64,000 nucleotides of DNA from an uncultured Candidatus Pelagibacter sp. (GTDB lineage Bacteria; Pseudomonadota; Alphaproteobacteria; Pelagibacterales; Pelagibacteraceae): assembly GCA_964529275.1 (NCBI GenBank), contig CAZGVS010000002.1, positions 4,064-68,063 of the forward strand. Direction: 5' to 3'. Of the stretch, positions 32,374-43,028 are shown in pieces; positions within the stretch are counted from its first letter, which is position 1, and each line of letters starts with the position of its first letter. The notes beneath the pieces are model-generated. The model did not search any database. It was not told where the DNA came from and saw only the letters and a list, made by a program, of their open reading frames with translations. Position numbers and translations under genes: made by a program.

Positions 32374-33104
32374 TAAGACTCGGTGTTAATATAGATCATG
32401 TTGCAACTATCAGAAACGCAAGAGGTGAATTTCATCCAGATCCTTATTTTGCAGCTAAATATTCTATTCAAAGTGGAGCTCACTCTATTACAGTACATTT
32501 GAGAGAAGATAGAAGACATATTAATGAAAAAGATTTACTTAAAATTTCTAAAAACAAAAATATTCCTTTGAATCTTGAAATAGCTGCTGATTATGAAATG
32601 TGCAGAATTGCCCTAAAAACTAAACCCAATTTTGTTTGTTTAGTTCCTGAAAAGAGAAATGAGGTAACAACAGAAGGGGGTTTAAATTTAAAAAGAAACT
32701 TCAACAAATTAAAAAAAATAGTTTTTAAATTAAATAAGGCAGGTATAAGAACTAGTTTGTTCGTTGATCCAACTATTAACAATATAGAGCTATCCAAAGA
32801 AATTGGAGCTAAATGCATTGAGATTCACACAGGTTCTATCTCAAATAAAATAAAGAAAAACAAAAAATATAAAGTAGAGTTCTCAAAGATTAAGAAATGC
32901 GTTTATACCGCCCATACGATTGGTTTAGAAGTTCATGCTGGTCATGGTATGGATTTTAAAACTTCAAAAATTTTGTCTAAAATTAAATACATTGATGAAT
33001 TTAACATAGGTCACTTTATTATAGGTGAATCAATTTTCTTTGGTCTTAAAAATACTATAAAAAAAATTCTTAAAATTATTAAAAAAAATGAATATCTTAG
33101 GTAA
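32370..33104 (+). CDS. pdxJ: Pyridoxine 5'-phosphate synthase
   Basis: LGVNIDHVAT, HLREDRRHI, TTEGGL, HAGHG, NIGH. Confidence 0.97.
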   Translation: MIRLGVNIDHVATIRNARGEFHPDPYFAAKYSIQSGAHSITVHLREDRRHINEKDLLKISKNKNIPLNLEIAADYEMCRIALKTKPNFVCLVPEKRNEVTTEGGLNLKRNFNKLKKIVFKLNKAGIRTSLFVDPTINNIELSKEIGAKCIEIHTGSISNKIKKNKKYKVEFSKIKKCVYTAHTIGLEVHAGHGMDFKTSKILSKIKYIDEFNIGHFIIGESIFFGLKNTIKKILKIIKKNEYLR

Positions 33105-33474
33105 CGGTGTTGATATTGTCAAAAATATCAGAATAAAAAAAGCTATTAAAAAAAAAAACTTTGTAAATAAAATTTTCACTAAAGTTGAAATTAGTAATGT
33201 TAAAAGTGTAAAATTTAAAACTAACCACTTTGCTAAAAGATTTGCTGCTAAAGAATCTTTTGTAAAAGCACTAGGCACAGGCATGAGAAAAGGTATTAAA
33301 TTTAAAGATATATCTGTTGCTAATGATAAATACGGCAAGCCATATTTTGATTTAACTACTAAATTGAAAAATAAAATTAAAAAAAAGTTTAAAGTAAAAA
33401 AATTTGATGTTTTTTTATCACTTTCTGATGAAAAAGAATTTTCTGTTGCTTATACAATAATCTCTGGAAATTAA
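33088..33474 (+). CDS. acpS: Holo-ACP synthase
   Basis: GVDIV, AKRFAAKES..KALGTG, GKP, SLSD. Confidence 0.96.
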   Translation: MNILGNGVDIVKNIRIKKAIKKKNFVNKIFTKVEISNVKSVKFKTNHFAKRFAAKESFVKALGTGMRKGIKFKDISVANDKYGKPYFDLTTKLKNKIKKKFKVKKFDVFLSLSDEKEFSVAYTIISGN

Positions 33475-34202
33475 TGAAAAGTATAATAATTGAGAATATA
33501 AAAACTATTTTTTACGCTCTAATAATAGCTATTATTATCAGATCATTTATAATTCAACCATTTTACATACCATCATCATCGATGGAACCAAATTTATTAG
33601 TTGGAGATAGACTTTTTGTAACTAAATTCAGTTATGGTTTCAGCAGACATTCTTTACCGTTCAGTCCAAAAATTATTAATGGGAGAATTTTATTTTCAGA
33701 ACCGAAAAGAGGCGATGTTATTGTATTTAAAACTCCATCTGATAACAGAACAGACTATATTAAAAGACTTATTGGATTACCGGGAGATAAAATTCAGTTT
33801 ATTGATGGAAATATTTATTTAAACAATATTGAAATTTTTAAATCATTATTAGAGAGAAGTGATAAAGTATTCTGTGGGAGTAATGAATTTGAGGTAAGGC
33901 TTTTTGAGGAAATCCTACCTAATGATAAAAAATATTTAGCATCATATGGAAAACAATATACTTTTCAAAATTCAGATAAGTTTATTATTCCAAAAGATCA
34001 CTATTTTTTTTTAGGAGATAATAGAGATTGCTCTAAAGACAGTAGATTTTTATCAGATGTTGGATATGTGCATAAAGACAATCTAGTCGGTAAAGCGCAA
34101 TATCTTTTTTTTTCATCCGATGCCAAAGTTTCTAGTATTTTTGCTTTTTGGAACTGGCATAAAAGTATACGCCTAAACCGTTTTTTTAAAAAAATTAAAT
34201 AA
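33474..34202 (+). CDS. lepB: Signal peptidase I
   Basis: IPSSSMEPNL, YIKRLIGLPGD, GDNRDCSKDSR. Confidence 0.97.
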   Translation: MKSIIIENIKTIFYALIIAIIIRSFIIQPFYIPSSSMEPNLLVGDRLFVTKFSYGFSRHSLPFSPKIINGRILFSEPKRGDVIVFKTPSDNRTDYIKRLIGLPGDKIQFIDGNIYLNNIEIFKSLLERSDKVFCGSNEFEVRLFEEILPNDKKYLASYGKQYTFQNSDKFIIPKDHYFFLGDNRDCSKDSRFLSDVGYVHKDNLVGKAQYLFFSSDAKVSSIFAFWNWHKSIRLNRFFKKIK

Positions 34203-34864
34203 TGCACGACAAACTACAAAAATTACAACTAAAACTAAATATTAAGTTTAAAAATATTGAATTACTAAAAGAAGCCATCACACATAAAAGTTATAATAAA
34301 AGTTTAAATTATGAAAAATTAGAATTTTTAGGTGATAGAGTTCTTGGTTTAAGTTTATCTAAGAAATTAATTGACTTATACCCTGATGAAAGAGAAGGAG
34401 TGTTAGATAAAAAGTTAGCGTCATTAGTTAATAAAGAAACATGCTATGAAATTGGTAAGAAGATTGAATTAGATAAATTCGTATTAGTTGATGGTTCTAA
34501 GCATAAAAATCAAATTGAACAAAAAATAATATCAGACACTTGCGAGTCTATTATAGGTGCTATATTTATTGAAAAAGGATTTAACTATACGCAAAAATTT
34601 ATTTTTAAACTATGGAAAGATTTTATAGATAACTCAGCAACTTTAAAAATTGATGCTAAGACCAAGCTTCAAGAGTATTCATTAAAAAAATTTAAATCTT
34701 TACCTATTTATAAAATGATATCGAATACAGGGCCTAAACATAATCCCATTTTTAAAATTGCAGTAAAAATTAAAGGAGCAAAATATATTGAAGGCTCAGG
34801 TTCCTCAAAAAAATTAGCTGAACAAAATGCAGCTGAAAATTTTTTTAAATTGGAAAATGTATGA
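34202..34864 (+). CDS. rnc: Ribonuclease III
   Basis: YEKLEFLGDRVL signature and dsRBD (DAKTKLQE..KKLAEQNAA). Confidence 0.97.
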   Translation: MHDKLQKLQLKLNIKFKNIELLKEAITHKSYNKSLNYEKLEFLGDRVLGLSLSKKLIDLYPDEREGVLDKKLASLVNKETCYEIGKKIELDKFVLVDGSKHKNQIEQKIISDTCESIIGAIFIEKGFNYTQKFIFKLWKDFIDNSATLKIDAKTKLQEYSLKKFKSLPIYKMISNTGPKHNPIFKIAVKIKGAKYIEGSGSSKKLAEQNAAENFFKLENV

Positions 34865-35532
34865 ATTGGCAAGACTCTGGATTTTTAATTTCAAAAAACA
34901 AATATAGTGAAAATTCTGCAATTGTTGAATTTTACACTAGTTTGAGAGGAAAAGTTACTGGAATTTTGTATGGTGCAACATCAAGAAAAATTAAAAATTA
35001 TTTATTAATTGGTAATAAATTTCATATAAATTTCTTTTCAAAAAACGATAATCAAGTGGGTTATTTCAAAATTGAAATCGAAAAAGTCAATACTGTTAAA
35101 TTTTTAGAAGATCCAATAAAGTTGTCTTGCATTTGCTATGTTGTAAGTATGATTAAAGTTTTAACTGTAGAAAATCAAAAAAATGAAGAAATTTATAATC
35201 TAATTAATGATTTTTATGAAATTATAGATCAAGATATTTGGTTAGCTAATTTTGTGCACTGGGAATTAGCTATATTTAATAAACTAGGTTATTTAATAGA
35301 TTTTAAAAACTATATATCTGATCAAAAAAATGATAATGAGAAATATTATTTAAAGAATAACAAAAGTAGAATTATCCCTAATTTTTTAATAGACAAAAAT
35401 GCAGCTAAATCTCCTGAGGATTTGAATTTAGGTTTGAGGATCGTTGGTGATTTCCTAGAAAAATCTATTTTAAAGCCCAATAATTTAAATCAACTTACGA
35501 AAAGGGTAGAATTTATAAATACGATTAAGTAA
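34861..35532 (+). CDS. recO: DNA repair protein RecO
   Basis: MNWQDSGFLI..YSE N-terminal OB fold typical of alphaproteobacterial RecO; position after rnc. Confidence 0.85.
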   Translation: MNWQDSGFLISKNKYSENSAIVEFYTSLRGKVTGILYGATSRKIKNYLLIGNKFHINFFSKNDNQVGYFKIEIEKVNTVKFLEDPIKLSCICYVVSMIKVLTVENQKNEEIYNLINDFYEIIDQDIWLANFVHWELAIFNKLGYLIDFKNYISDQKNDNEKYYLKNNKSRIIPNFLIDKNAAKSPEDLNLGLRIVGDFLEKSILKPNNLNQLTKRVEFINTIK

Positions 35533-36526
35533 ATTTCTTTAAATCTTTTGCGATTTGATCTGCAAAATAAGTTATAATAGCACATGCCCCAGCTCTTTTA
35601 AAACTCATCAAAGATTCATAAATTGCATTTTTGTTAATAAGTTTTTTCTTTATTCCATTCATTATCAAGCTGTATTCTCCTGAAACCTGATATGCCATCA
35701 CTGGTATTTTAAAATTTGTTTTGACAAGTGAAATAATATCAAGATACGGCATCCCTGGCTTAACCATTATCATATCTGCCCCTTCTTTAATATCTAGCGA
35801 AACCTCTCTTAATGCTTCGTTTTTATTTTTAAAATCCATTTGGTATGTTTTTTTATCGCTTTTTAAATTTTTGTTTGAACCTACAGCCTCTCTAAAGGGT
35901 CCATAAAAACTTGAGGCATACTTTACAGCATAAGACAATATCTGAACTTCGTCATAACCATTTTTATCAAGTGCTTTTCTTATACGACCAATTCTCCCAT
36001 CCATCATGTCTGAAGGTGCTATCACATCACATCCCATTTCAGCCTGAAGTAATGATTGCTTTATTAGTATTTCATTTGTTTTATCATTTAATATTTTTCC
36101 TTTTTTAAAAACACCATCATGACCGTGTGATGTATATGGATCTAGGGCTACATCACACATTATACCTATTTTATTCTTATATTTTTCTTTAATGAACCTT
36201 ATAGCCCGACAAGTTATGTTATTTTCGTTTAGTGCCTCACTACCATTAATATTTTTCAAATTTGATCGTATATTTGGAAATATAGCAATCATTGGTATCT
36301 TTAAATTTAGAGCTTTATCAATTATTTTTGACAAATTATTAATAGAATATCTGTAAACACCCGGCATAGTTTTAATTGACTCAATTTTATTAGCACCTTC
36401 AGTAATAAAAATTGGTAACACTAAATCACTGGGTGATATTGTATTTTCTTCAACTAATTTACGCGACCACAAATGTTTGCGGCTTCTCCTAAGTCTTAAT
36501 GATGGGTAATTTCCAGTGATAATCAT
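35525..36526 (-). CDS. hemB: Porphobilinogen synthase (Zn-independent type)
   Basis: RLRRSR, DVALDPYTSHGHDG, PSDMMDGR, MVKPG, AYQVSGEY. Confidence 0.97.
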   Translation of the reverse strand: MIITGNYPSLRLRRSRKHLWSRKLVEENTISPSDLVLPIFITEGANKIESIKTMPGVYRYSINNLSKIIDKALNLKIPMIAIFPNIRSNLKNINGSEALNENNITCRAIRFIKEKYKNKIGIMCDVALDPYTSHGHDGVFKKGKILNDKTNEILIKQSLLQAEMGCDVIAPSDMMDGRIGRIRKALDKNGYDEVQILSYAVKYASSFYGPFREAVGSNKNLKSDKKTYQMDFKNKNEALREVSLDIKEGADMIMVKPGMPYLDIISLVKTNFKIPVMAYQVSGEYSLIMNGIKKKLINKNAIYESLMSFKRAGACAIITYFADQIAKDLKKFT

Positions 36527-36597
36527 TATCAATAATTATTATATATGCGACAAAAGTTATATGTAATATAAGTAGAAATAAAGTATTAATTTTAATT

Positions 36598-37221
36598 ATG
36601 AACAACGTTACTCAGTTAAGTAAAATTTCAGCAAAAGAATCGTTTAATGATTTCCAAAAGCAAAATTTAAGATTCGACATAGATAAATTAAGAAACGCTT
36701 GTAATGAGGTTTTAAAGATTAAGGGTTTCGATACTAGTTTGGGCATTCCCCATTTTGCTGGTATATCCTTAAATCAAATTCCAGGTGATCCAGACTCAAT
36801 CAAGGGAAATAAAGTCAGAGGTGTTTATTGGACCAAACCGGATTCAACAGGTATTGAAGTATCAAGAGATGTCAAAATTGATGAAAGTAAATATACTGAG
36901 TTTGTAAAAGATTTTGAACATACTTATTTTAAAGAAGTATTCGATGAACTATGCAAGAATTATAAACTTGGTAGGGTAAGACTTTTGCTAAAGGAACCAA
37001 GGTCAACTTTAAGCTGGCATAGAGATCCTGAACCAAGACTACATATTCCAATTTATACAAATCCTGGTGCAATAATGGTTATAGATAAAGCTGCTCAACA
37101 TATGCCGGCAGATGGCTCAGTTTGGGTAACTAATAACTTAAAATATCATAACGCGTTTAATGGTGGCGAAGAAAATAGAGTGCACCTTGTTGCATGTGTT
37201 TTAGACTATAAATTTAATTAA
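36598..37221 (+). CDS. Aspartyl/asparaginyl beta-hydroxylase-like Fe(II)/2OG oxygenase, substrate unknown
   Basis: WHRD..RLHIPIYTN..H(NAFNGG)..RVHLV facial-triad pattern. Confidence 0.75.
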   Translation: MNNVTQLSKISAKESFNDFQKQNLRFDIDKLRNACNEVLKIKGFDTSLGIPHFAGISLNQIPGDPDSIKGNKVRGVYWTKPDSTGIEVSRDVKIDESKYTEFVKDFEHTYFKEVFDELCKNYKLGRVRLLLKEPRSTLSWHRDPEPRLHIPIYTNPGAIMVIDKAAQHMPADGSVWVTNNLKYHNAFNGGEENRVHLVACVLDYKFN

Positions 37222-37241
37222 TTATAATATATAAAATTTAC

Positions 37242-37667
37242 TTGAGAAAAATTTATATTGCATCTGATCACGCCGGATATCTACTTAAAAAAAAAATCCT
37301 TGAAAAGTTTTCTAATAATCAAAAAATTATCGATCTAGGTCCAAATAGCACTAATTCAGTCGATTATCCTGATTTTGCAAAAAAACTATCAAGAAAAGTA
37401 GCCTCTGATAGAGGTAGTTTTGGTGTTTTGGTATGTGGATCTGGAACAGGCATGGCTATAGCCGCAAATAAAACAAAGAATATTAGAGCTGCTATGTGCT
37501 TTAGTGCTAAAAATACGCAATTATCAAGATTGCATAATAATGCAAATATCATTACATTAGGATCTAGGTTAATTAATAAAAATAAAGCTTTTAAATTTAT
37601 AAACATTTTTATTAAAACTAAGTTTGAGGGCGGAAGACACAAAAGAAGAGTAAAAAAAATTAATTAG
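37242..37667 (+). CDS. rpiB: Ribose-5-phosphate isomerase B
   Basis: ASDHAG, VDYPD, CGSGTGM..ANK, HNNAN, FEGGRH; TTG start. Confidence 0.95.
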   Translation: MRKIYIASDHAGYLLKKKILEKFSNNQKIIDLGPNSTNSVDYPDFAKKLSRKVASDRGSFGVLVCGSGTGMAIAANKTKNIRAAMCFSAKNTQLSRLHNNANIITLGSRLINKNKAFKFINIFIKTKFEGGRHKRRVKKIN

Positions 37668-37676
37668 GAGTTATTT

Positions 37677-38987
37677 ATGTCAAGTGAAGGTAGCTATTCA
37701 GATTCATCATTTAAAAACTTTTTCGAAAAAAGTTTAGCAGATATTGATCCAGAGATAAATAAAGCAATTCACGATGAGCTTGTTAGACAACAAAATCATA
37801 TAGAGCTTATTGCTTCTGAAAATATAGTTTCCCAGGCAGTGCTAGAAGCCCAGGGGTCAGTTCTTACAAATAAATATGCTGAAGGTTATCCAGGAAAAAG
37901 ATATTATAATGGATGTGAACATGTTGATGTAGCTGAGAGTTTAGCAATAGATAGATTGAAAAAATTATTTGATTGTAAATTCGCAAATGCTCAACCACAT
38001 TCTGGTGCACAAGCTAATGGTGCTGTTTTTTTAGCTTTACTTAAACCTGGTGATACAATAATGGGTTTAAGTTTAAATTCAGGTGGACACTTAACACATG
38101 GTTCAAAAGCTGCTGTATCAGGTAAGTGGTTTAATGCTGTAGCATATGAAGTTGATAAAAAGACTGAATTGTTAGACTACGAAGAAATTGAAAGATTAGC
38201 ATTAGAGCATAAACCAAAATTAATTATTGCAGGTGGAAGCGCTTATTCTAGAGTTATCGATTTTAAAAAATTTAGAGAAATTTCTGATAAAGTAGGTGCT
38301 TACTTTATGGTAGATATGGCCCATTTTTCAGGTCTTGTAGCCGGCAAAGGTTATCCTAATCCTGTAGAATTTGCAGATGTAGTAACATCAACAACTCATA
38401 AAGTTTTTAGAAGCGCACGAGGAGGAATAATCTTAACTAACAGAGAAGATCTATCAAAAAAATTTAATTCAGCTGTGTTTCCAGGCTATCAAGGCGGACC
38501 CTTAATGCATATTATAGCTGCAAAAGCTGTCGGCTTCCTAGAAGCACTTAAACCAGAGTTTAGAGAGTATATTAGCACAGTTCTCTCCAATGCTAAAATT
38601 TTAGCTGAAACCTTAAAAAATAACGGATTTAAAATTTACTCTGGTGGTACAGATACACATTTAATGCTTGTAGATCTAAGACCTTTTAATGTTAAAGGCA
38701 ATCTAGCCTCTGATAGCTTATCTAGAGCAAATATAACTTGTAATAAAAATGGAATCCCTTTTGATACAGAAAGCCCAATGGTTACATCTGGAATTAGGCT
38801 TGGTTCTCAAGCAGCAACTACTAGAGGATTTGGTTTAAAAGAATTTGAGAAGATTGGAAATTTAATAACTAAAACAATTAAAGGACTTTCTGAAAATCCA
38901 ACCGATAACTCGCAAATAGAGAAAGAGGTCAGAGATGAAGTTGTTGATTTATGTTCAAAATTTCCTATTTATAAACACTTAAGATAA
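37677..38987 (+). CDS. glyA: Serine hydroxymethyltransferase
   Basis: [28 protein letters not shown] lysine; AGGAG SD upstream. Confidence 0.99.
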   Translation: MSSEGSYSDSSFKNFFEKSLADIDPEINKAIHDELVRQQNHIELIASENIVSQAVLEAQGSVLTNKYAEGYPGKRYYNGCEHVDVAESLAIDRLKKLFDCKFANAQPHSGAQANGAVFLALLKPGDTIMGLSLNSGGHLTHGSKAAVSGKWFNAVAYEVDKKTELLDYEEIERLALEHKPKLIIAGGSAYSRVIDFKKFREISDKVGAYFMVDMAHFSGLVAGKGYPNPVEFADVVTSTTHKVFRSARGGIILTNREDLSKKFNSAVFPGYQGGPLMHIIAAKAVGFLEALKPEFREYISTVLSNAKILAETLKNNGFKIYSGGTDTHLMLVDLRPFNVKGNLASDSLSRANITCNKNGIPFDTESPMVTSGIRLGSQAATTRGFGLKEFEKIGNLITKTIKGLSENPTDNSQIEKEVRDEVVDLCSKFPIYKHLR

Positions 38988-39002
38988 TAATAAATCTAAA
39001 TA

Positions 39003-39461
39003 ATGATTTGTCCGTGCGAAAAAAAAGGTGAGACCTCTGTTGTGGACTCACGTCCTACAGAGGATGGTACCGCTATCAGAAGAAGAAGATTGTGTGAATG
39101 TGGGGAGAGATTTACTACGTTTGAAAGAATACAGTTTAGAGAATTAATGGTTGTTAAAAAAAACGGTAGAAAATCACCTTTTGATAGAGATAAATTATCC
39201 AAGTCAATTTATATTGCTTTAAAAAAAAGACCACTCGATACTGATACAGTTGAGAAATTTATTACAAAAGTTTCTCGCTCTCTAGAAGAGCTTGGTCAAA
39301 GTGAAATTTCTTCATCAACAATTGGCACATTGGTTATGGAGGGTTTAAAAGAATTAGACCCAGTGGCATATGTAAGATTTGCATCCGTTTATAGAAATTT
39401 TAGAGAAGAAAAAGATTTCATTCAATTTGTCGATAAGATTGATGTCTTCAAAAAAAGATAA
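39003..39461 (+). CDS. nrdR: Transcriptional repressor NrdR
   Basis: VDSR..IRRRR..RFTTFE, ATP cone, [10 protein letters not shown]. Confidence 0.96.
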   Translation: MICPCEKKGETSVVDSRPTEDGTAIRRRRLCECGERFTTFERIQFRELMVVKKNGRKSPFDRDKLSKSIYIALKKRPLDTDTVEKFITKVSRSLEELGQSEISSSTIGTLVMEGLKELDPVAYVRFASVYRNFREEKDFIQFVDKIDVFKKR

Positions 39462-40536
39462 ATTTTCAGCAATTGATAGGTTTTATATGACCTTAGCTAA
39501 AAATTTAGCTAAGCGAAATATAGGAATAACAAATGAGAATCCATCTGTTGGATGTGTAATAGTTAAAAATAACAAAATAATATCTTATAGCACGACAAAT
39601 CAATCTGGGCGACCACATGCTGAAACATTAGCAATTAAGAGAGCAAAAGAAAGTGTAAAAGGATCGACTGTTTATTTAACACTCGAACCTTGTTCACATT
39701 TTGGAAAAACACCACCATGTACAAAAGCTCTTATTAGATCGAAGGTTAAGAAAGTAATTTATTCTATTAATGATCCTGATGATAGAACCACTAACAAAGC
39801 TAAATTTAAATTTAAACAACACAAAATCAAAACATATTCTGGACTAATGAGCTCTGATATTAATAGAATTTATTCAAAATATATTTACTGCAAAACTAAT
39901 AAAATGCCATATGTAACTGGAAAAATTGCTTGTACAAAAAATTATAGGTTTTTTTACAATAATATAAAATTAACAAACTCCCATTCTCAATCAGTATCTC
40001 ATCTATTGAGATATTATAATCAAGCTATAATAACATCTTACAAAACAATTAATTCAGACAATCCAAGACTAACATGTAGATTAAATGGCCTTAAAAAATT
40101 CTCACCAATTGTAATTATTATCGATAGAAACTTAAAATCAAATCTAAAAATGAATATATTTAATAAAAATCACCCAAATAAGTTAATTATATTTCATAAA
40201 TCAAAAAATAAACAAAAAATAAATAAATTTAAACACACAGGTTGTCGTTTGTATGAGATAGTTGAAAACTTTAATTATAATGATTTTTTAATAAGTGTTT
40301 TAAAAAAAATTTATTTGTTAAAAATTAATACTGTTTTAGTTGAGTGTGGCAAATTACTGACTGCAGAATTTATAAATAAAGGATTAATTAATGAATTTTA
40401 TTTATTTAAAGGAAGTAAAAAATCTGAGTTATCAAGAGAAAGTATTTTAAATATAACAAAAAAATTGGATAAAAGTTATAAAAAAAAAGTGGTGGATACA
40501 TTTGTGTCTAATGATCGAATTATAAAATATTACTAA
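39442..40536 (+). CDS. ribD: Riboflavin biosynthesis deaminase/reductase
   Basis: [24 protein letters not shown]; ATG at 39442; reductase half diverged. Confidence 0.9.
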   Translation: MSSKKDKFSAIDRFYMTLAKNLAKRNIGITNENPSVGCVIVKNNKIISYSTTNQSGRPHAETLAIKRAKESVKGSTVYLTLEPCSHFGKTPPCTKALIRSKVKKVIYSINDPDDRTTNKAKFKFKQHKIKTYSGLMSSDINRIYSKYIYCKTNKMPYVTGKIACTKNYRFFYNNIKLTNSHSQSVSHLLRYYNQAIITSYKTINSDNPRLTCRLNGLKKFSPIVIIIDRNLKSNLKMNIFNKNHPNKLIIFHKSKNKQKINKFKHTGCRLYEIVENFNYNDFLISVLKKIYLLKINTVLVECGKLLTAEFINKGLINEFYLFKGSKKSELSRESILNITKKLDKSYKKKVVDTFVSNDRIIKYY

Positions 40537-40537
40537 T

Positions 40538-41131
40538 ATGTTTAATGGAATTATTTACAATCAAGGAGTGTTAAAAAAAATATCAAAAACTAAAAAAGGT
40601 TTTAATATTTTTATTCATTCAAACTTGAAATTAACCAAAAAAAAACTTGGAATGTCAGTATGCTGCGATGGAGTATGTCTCACAGTTATTTCATTTAAAA
40701 GCAAGATTGCAGAATTTTATTTATCTAATGAAACATTGAAAAGATCAAATTTTAATAGAAGAAAATTAGGCGACACAATTAATCTTGAATTACCACTACG
40801 TCATGGACAAGATATATCAGGTCATGTGTGCCAAGGTCATGTTGATACTGTTGGAAAGGTAATTAAAGTTAAAAAAAATAATAAGTCAATTATTATTGAT
40901 TTTGTTTTAACTAAATCTTTTAAAAATCAATTAATTGAAAAAGCTTCAATACTAATTAATGGTGTTTCTCTTACAATAGCAAAGATTACTAAGAATGGTT
41001 TTAGTGTTTGGGCAATCCCGCACACCTTAAAACTAACAAATTTATCGATGATTAAAAAAAATGATATTGTAAATATCGAGATTGATATTTTATCAAAGTA
41101 TGTAAAAAAATATTTAAATGAAAAAAAATAA
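40538..41131 (+). CDS. ribE: Riboflavin synthase alpha chain
   Basis: MFNGII, DGVCLTV, GHVCQGHVD, NGVSLT, IPHT, NIEID. Confidence 0.95.
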   Translation: MFNGIIYNQGVLKKISKTKKGFNIFIHSNLKLTKKKLGMSVCCDGVCLTVISFKSKIAEFYLSNETLKRSNFNRRKLGDTINLELPLRHGQDISGHVCQGHVDTVGKVIKVKKNNKSIIIDFVLTKSFKNQLIEKASILINGVSLTIAKITKNGFSVWAIPHTLKLTNLSMIKKNDIVNIEIDILSKYVKKYLNEKK

Positions 41132-42221
41132 CTTTTCAAAAATCGAAACAATAATTAATTCTGCAAAAAAAGGAAAAATGTTTATTTTAGTGGACGATGA
41201 AAATCGTGAGAATGAAGGTGATTTAGTCTTCTGTGGTTCAGATGTTACATCAGAAAAAATAAATTTTATGGCTAAATACGGGAGGGGTCTTATATGTTTA
41301 GCAATAAATTCAGTGCAAGCTAAAAAACTTGATTTGAATTATATGTCACCAAATAATCAATCAAGAAATCAAACAGCGTTTACTGTATCAATAGAGTCAA
41401 GAAAAGGTGTAACAACTGGTATATCAGCTAAAGATAGAGCTAAAACTATTAGAGTTGCAATAAAAAGAAATGTTAAAAAAAATGAGATTGTTTCACCAGG
41501 TCATGTTTTTCCAATTATAGCAAGAGATGGAGGAGTACTAGTTAGAGCAGGTCACACAGAGGCATCTGTTGATATATCACAGCTTGCAAAAAAAAATAGC
41601 TCAGCTGTTATTTGTGAAATTATGAACGAAGATGGAACTATGGCTAAAGGGGAACAATTAAATGTTTTTGCTAAATATCATGACTTAAAAATTGGAAAAA
41701 TTGAAGATTTAATTTCCTACAGACTTAAAAGAGAGAAATTAATCAAATTAAAAAAAAGATCTCATATTGCAGTAAAAAATAAAATATACAAAATTCATGT
41801 CTTTGAAAATTTAATAGATGGTTCTGAACACTTTGCTTTAATAAAAGGGAATTTAAAAAAGAATTTAATACCACGTGTTCGAGTAATTTCTTCAAATGTT
41901 GTTGAAAATTATTTAATAAATCAAAAGTTACCAAATTCATTTAATAATACACTAAAATATTTTGAAAAATTTAATAACTGTGTTTTAATTTTTATAAGAG
42001 ATACAAATTTAAAATCCGTAACTCAAACATTGAGGGATTATAAAAGTAAAATCTATTATAAAAAAGGAAAAGATAAATTAATAAGAAATTATGGAATAGG
42101 AGCTCAAATAATAAAAGCTTTACATATAAAAAATATGATATTAGTTACTAGATCAAGAAAAAAGGTTGTTGGTCTAGAAGGTTATGGAATTAAAATAGCA
42201 AAACAAGAAATTATTAAATGA
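41118..42221 (+). CDS. ribB: DHBP synthase fused to degenerate GTP cyclohydrolase II domain (RibBX-type)
   Basis: DDENRENEGD, AFTVSI, PGHVFP, RAGHTEA; C-half lacks the RibA Cys motif. Confidence 0.9.
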   Translation: MKKNNFSKIETIINSAKKGKMFILVDDENRENEGDLVFCGSDVTSEKINFMAKYGRGLICLAINSVQAKKLDLNYMSPNNQSRNQTAFTVSIESRKGVTTGISAKDRAKTIRVAIKRNVKKNEIVSPGHVFPIIARDGGVLVRAGHTEASVDISQLAKKNSSAVICEIMNEDGTMAKGEQLNVFAKYHDLKIGKIEDLISYRLKREKLIKLKKRSHIAVKNKIYKIHVFENLIDGSEHFALIKGNLKKNLIPRVRVISSNVVENYLINQKLPNSFNNTLKYFEKFNNCVLIFIRDTNLKSVTQTLRDYKSKIYYKKGKDKLIRNYGIGAQIIKALHIKNMILVTRSRKKVVGLEGYGIKIAKQEIIK

Positions 42222-42622
42222 AAAAAAAAAAGATATTAATAGTTTTGTCAAACTACTATACAAAAATATCATCTAATCTATTATTAAACACTGTGGAGTA
42301 TCTAAAAAATTATAAAAAAAAAACTGTTGAAAGATCATTAATTACAGTTCCTGGTGTATTTGAAATACCCGTCGTTATTTCAAGGAATATAAAAAAATAC
42401 GATGGGTTTATTGCTCTTGGATGTGTAATTAAAGGTGAAACACCTCATTTTGATTTTATCTCACAATCGACAACAGATGCTATAATGAAATTATCAATTG
42501 AAAATAAAAAACCCATTGGCAATGGAATCATAACATGTTTAAATAAAAAGCAGGCTTTAATTAGATCTTTAAAAAAGGGAAGAGAATCTGTTAATGCAGT
42601 AATATCTGTTCTTTCTCAATAA
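42218..42622 (+). CDS. ribH: Lumazine synthase
   Basis: VPGVFEIP, ALGCVIKGETPHFD. Confidence 0.96.
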   Translation: MKKKKILIVLSNYYTKISSNLLLNTVEYLKNYKKKTVERSLITVPGVFEIPVVISRNIKKYDGFIALGCVIKGETPHFDFISQSTTDAIMKLSIENKKPIGNGIITCLNKKQALIRSLKKGRESVNAVISVLSQ

Positions 42623-42623
42623 T

Positions 42624-43028
42624 ATGAGTTTACAATTTAGTCCAAAAAATAACCCAAGGGTTATTGTAATACAAAAACTTTATGGAAAGTATTTTAATAA
42701 AGAAGAAAAGATTTCATTTCCAAAGCACAGATTTAAAAAATTCATAAAAGATGTTGTAATGGGAACAATCGAGAGAGAAGAAATAATAAATACTGAAATA
42801 ACAAATCATTTAAATGAAGATATTAATCTAAAAAATATCGACAAAGTTTTTTATACAATAGTTAAAAGTGCTATATTTGAATTTTTATACAAACCTAAAC
42901 TTTCATCACGCATCATAATAAATGAATATTTAAAAGCTTCAAATTTTTTTATAAATGAATCACAGACTAAATACTTAAATGCTTTATTGGATAAAGCTGC
43001 CAAAAAAATTAGAAATTATAATGAATGA
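42624..43028 (+). CDS. nusB: Transcription antitermination factor NusB
   Basis: IINEY..YLNALLD motif; conserved ribH-nusB-thiL order. Confidence 0.85.
   Translation: MSLQFSPKNNPRVIVIQKLYGKYFNKEEKISFPKHRFKKFIKDVVMGTIEREEIINTEITNHLNEDINLKNIDKVFYTIVKSAIFEFLYKPKLSSRIIINEYLKASNFFINESQTKYLNALLDKAAKKIRNYNE

Noticed and set aside
41280-41287. GGGAGGGG as another KOPS
   Set aside because: Does not fit GGGNAGGG and lies within ribB coding sequence
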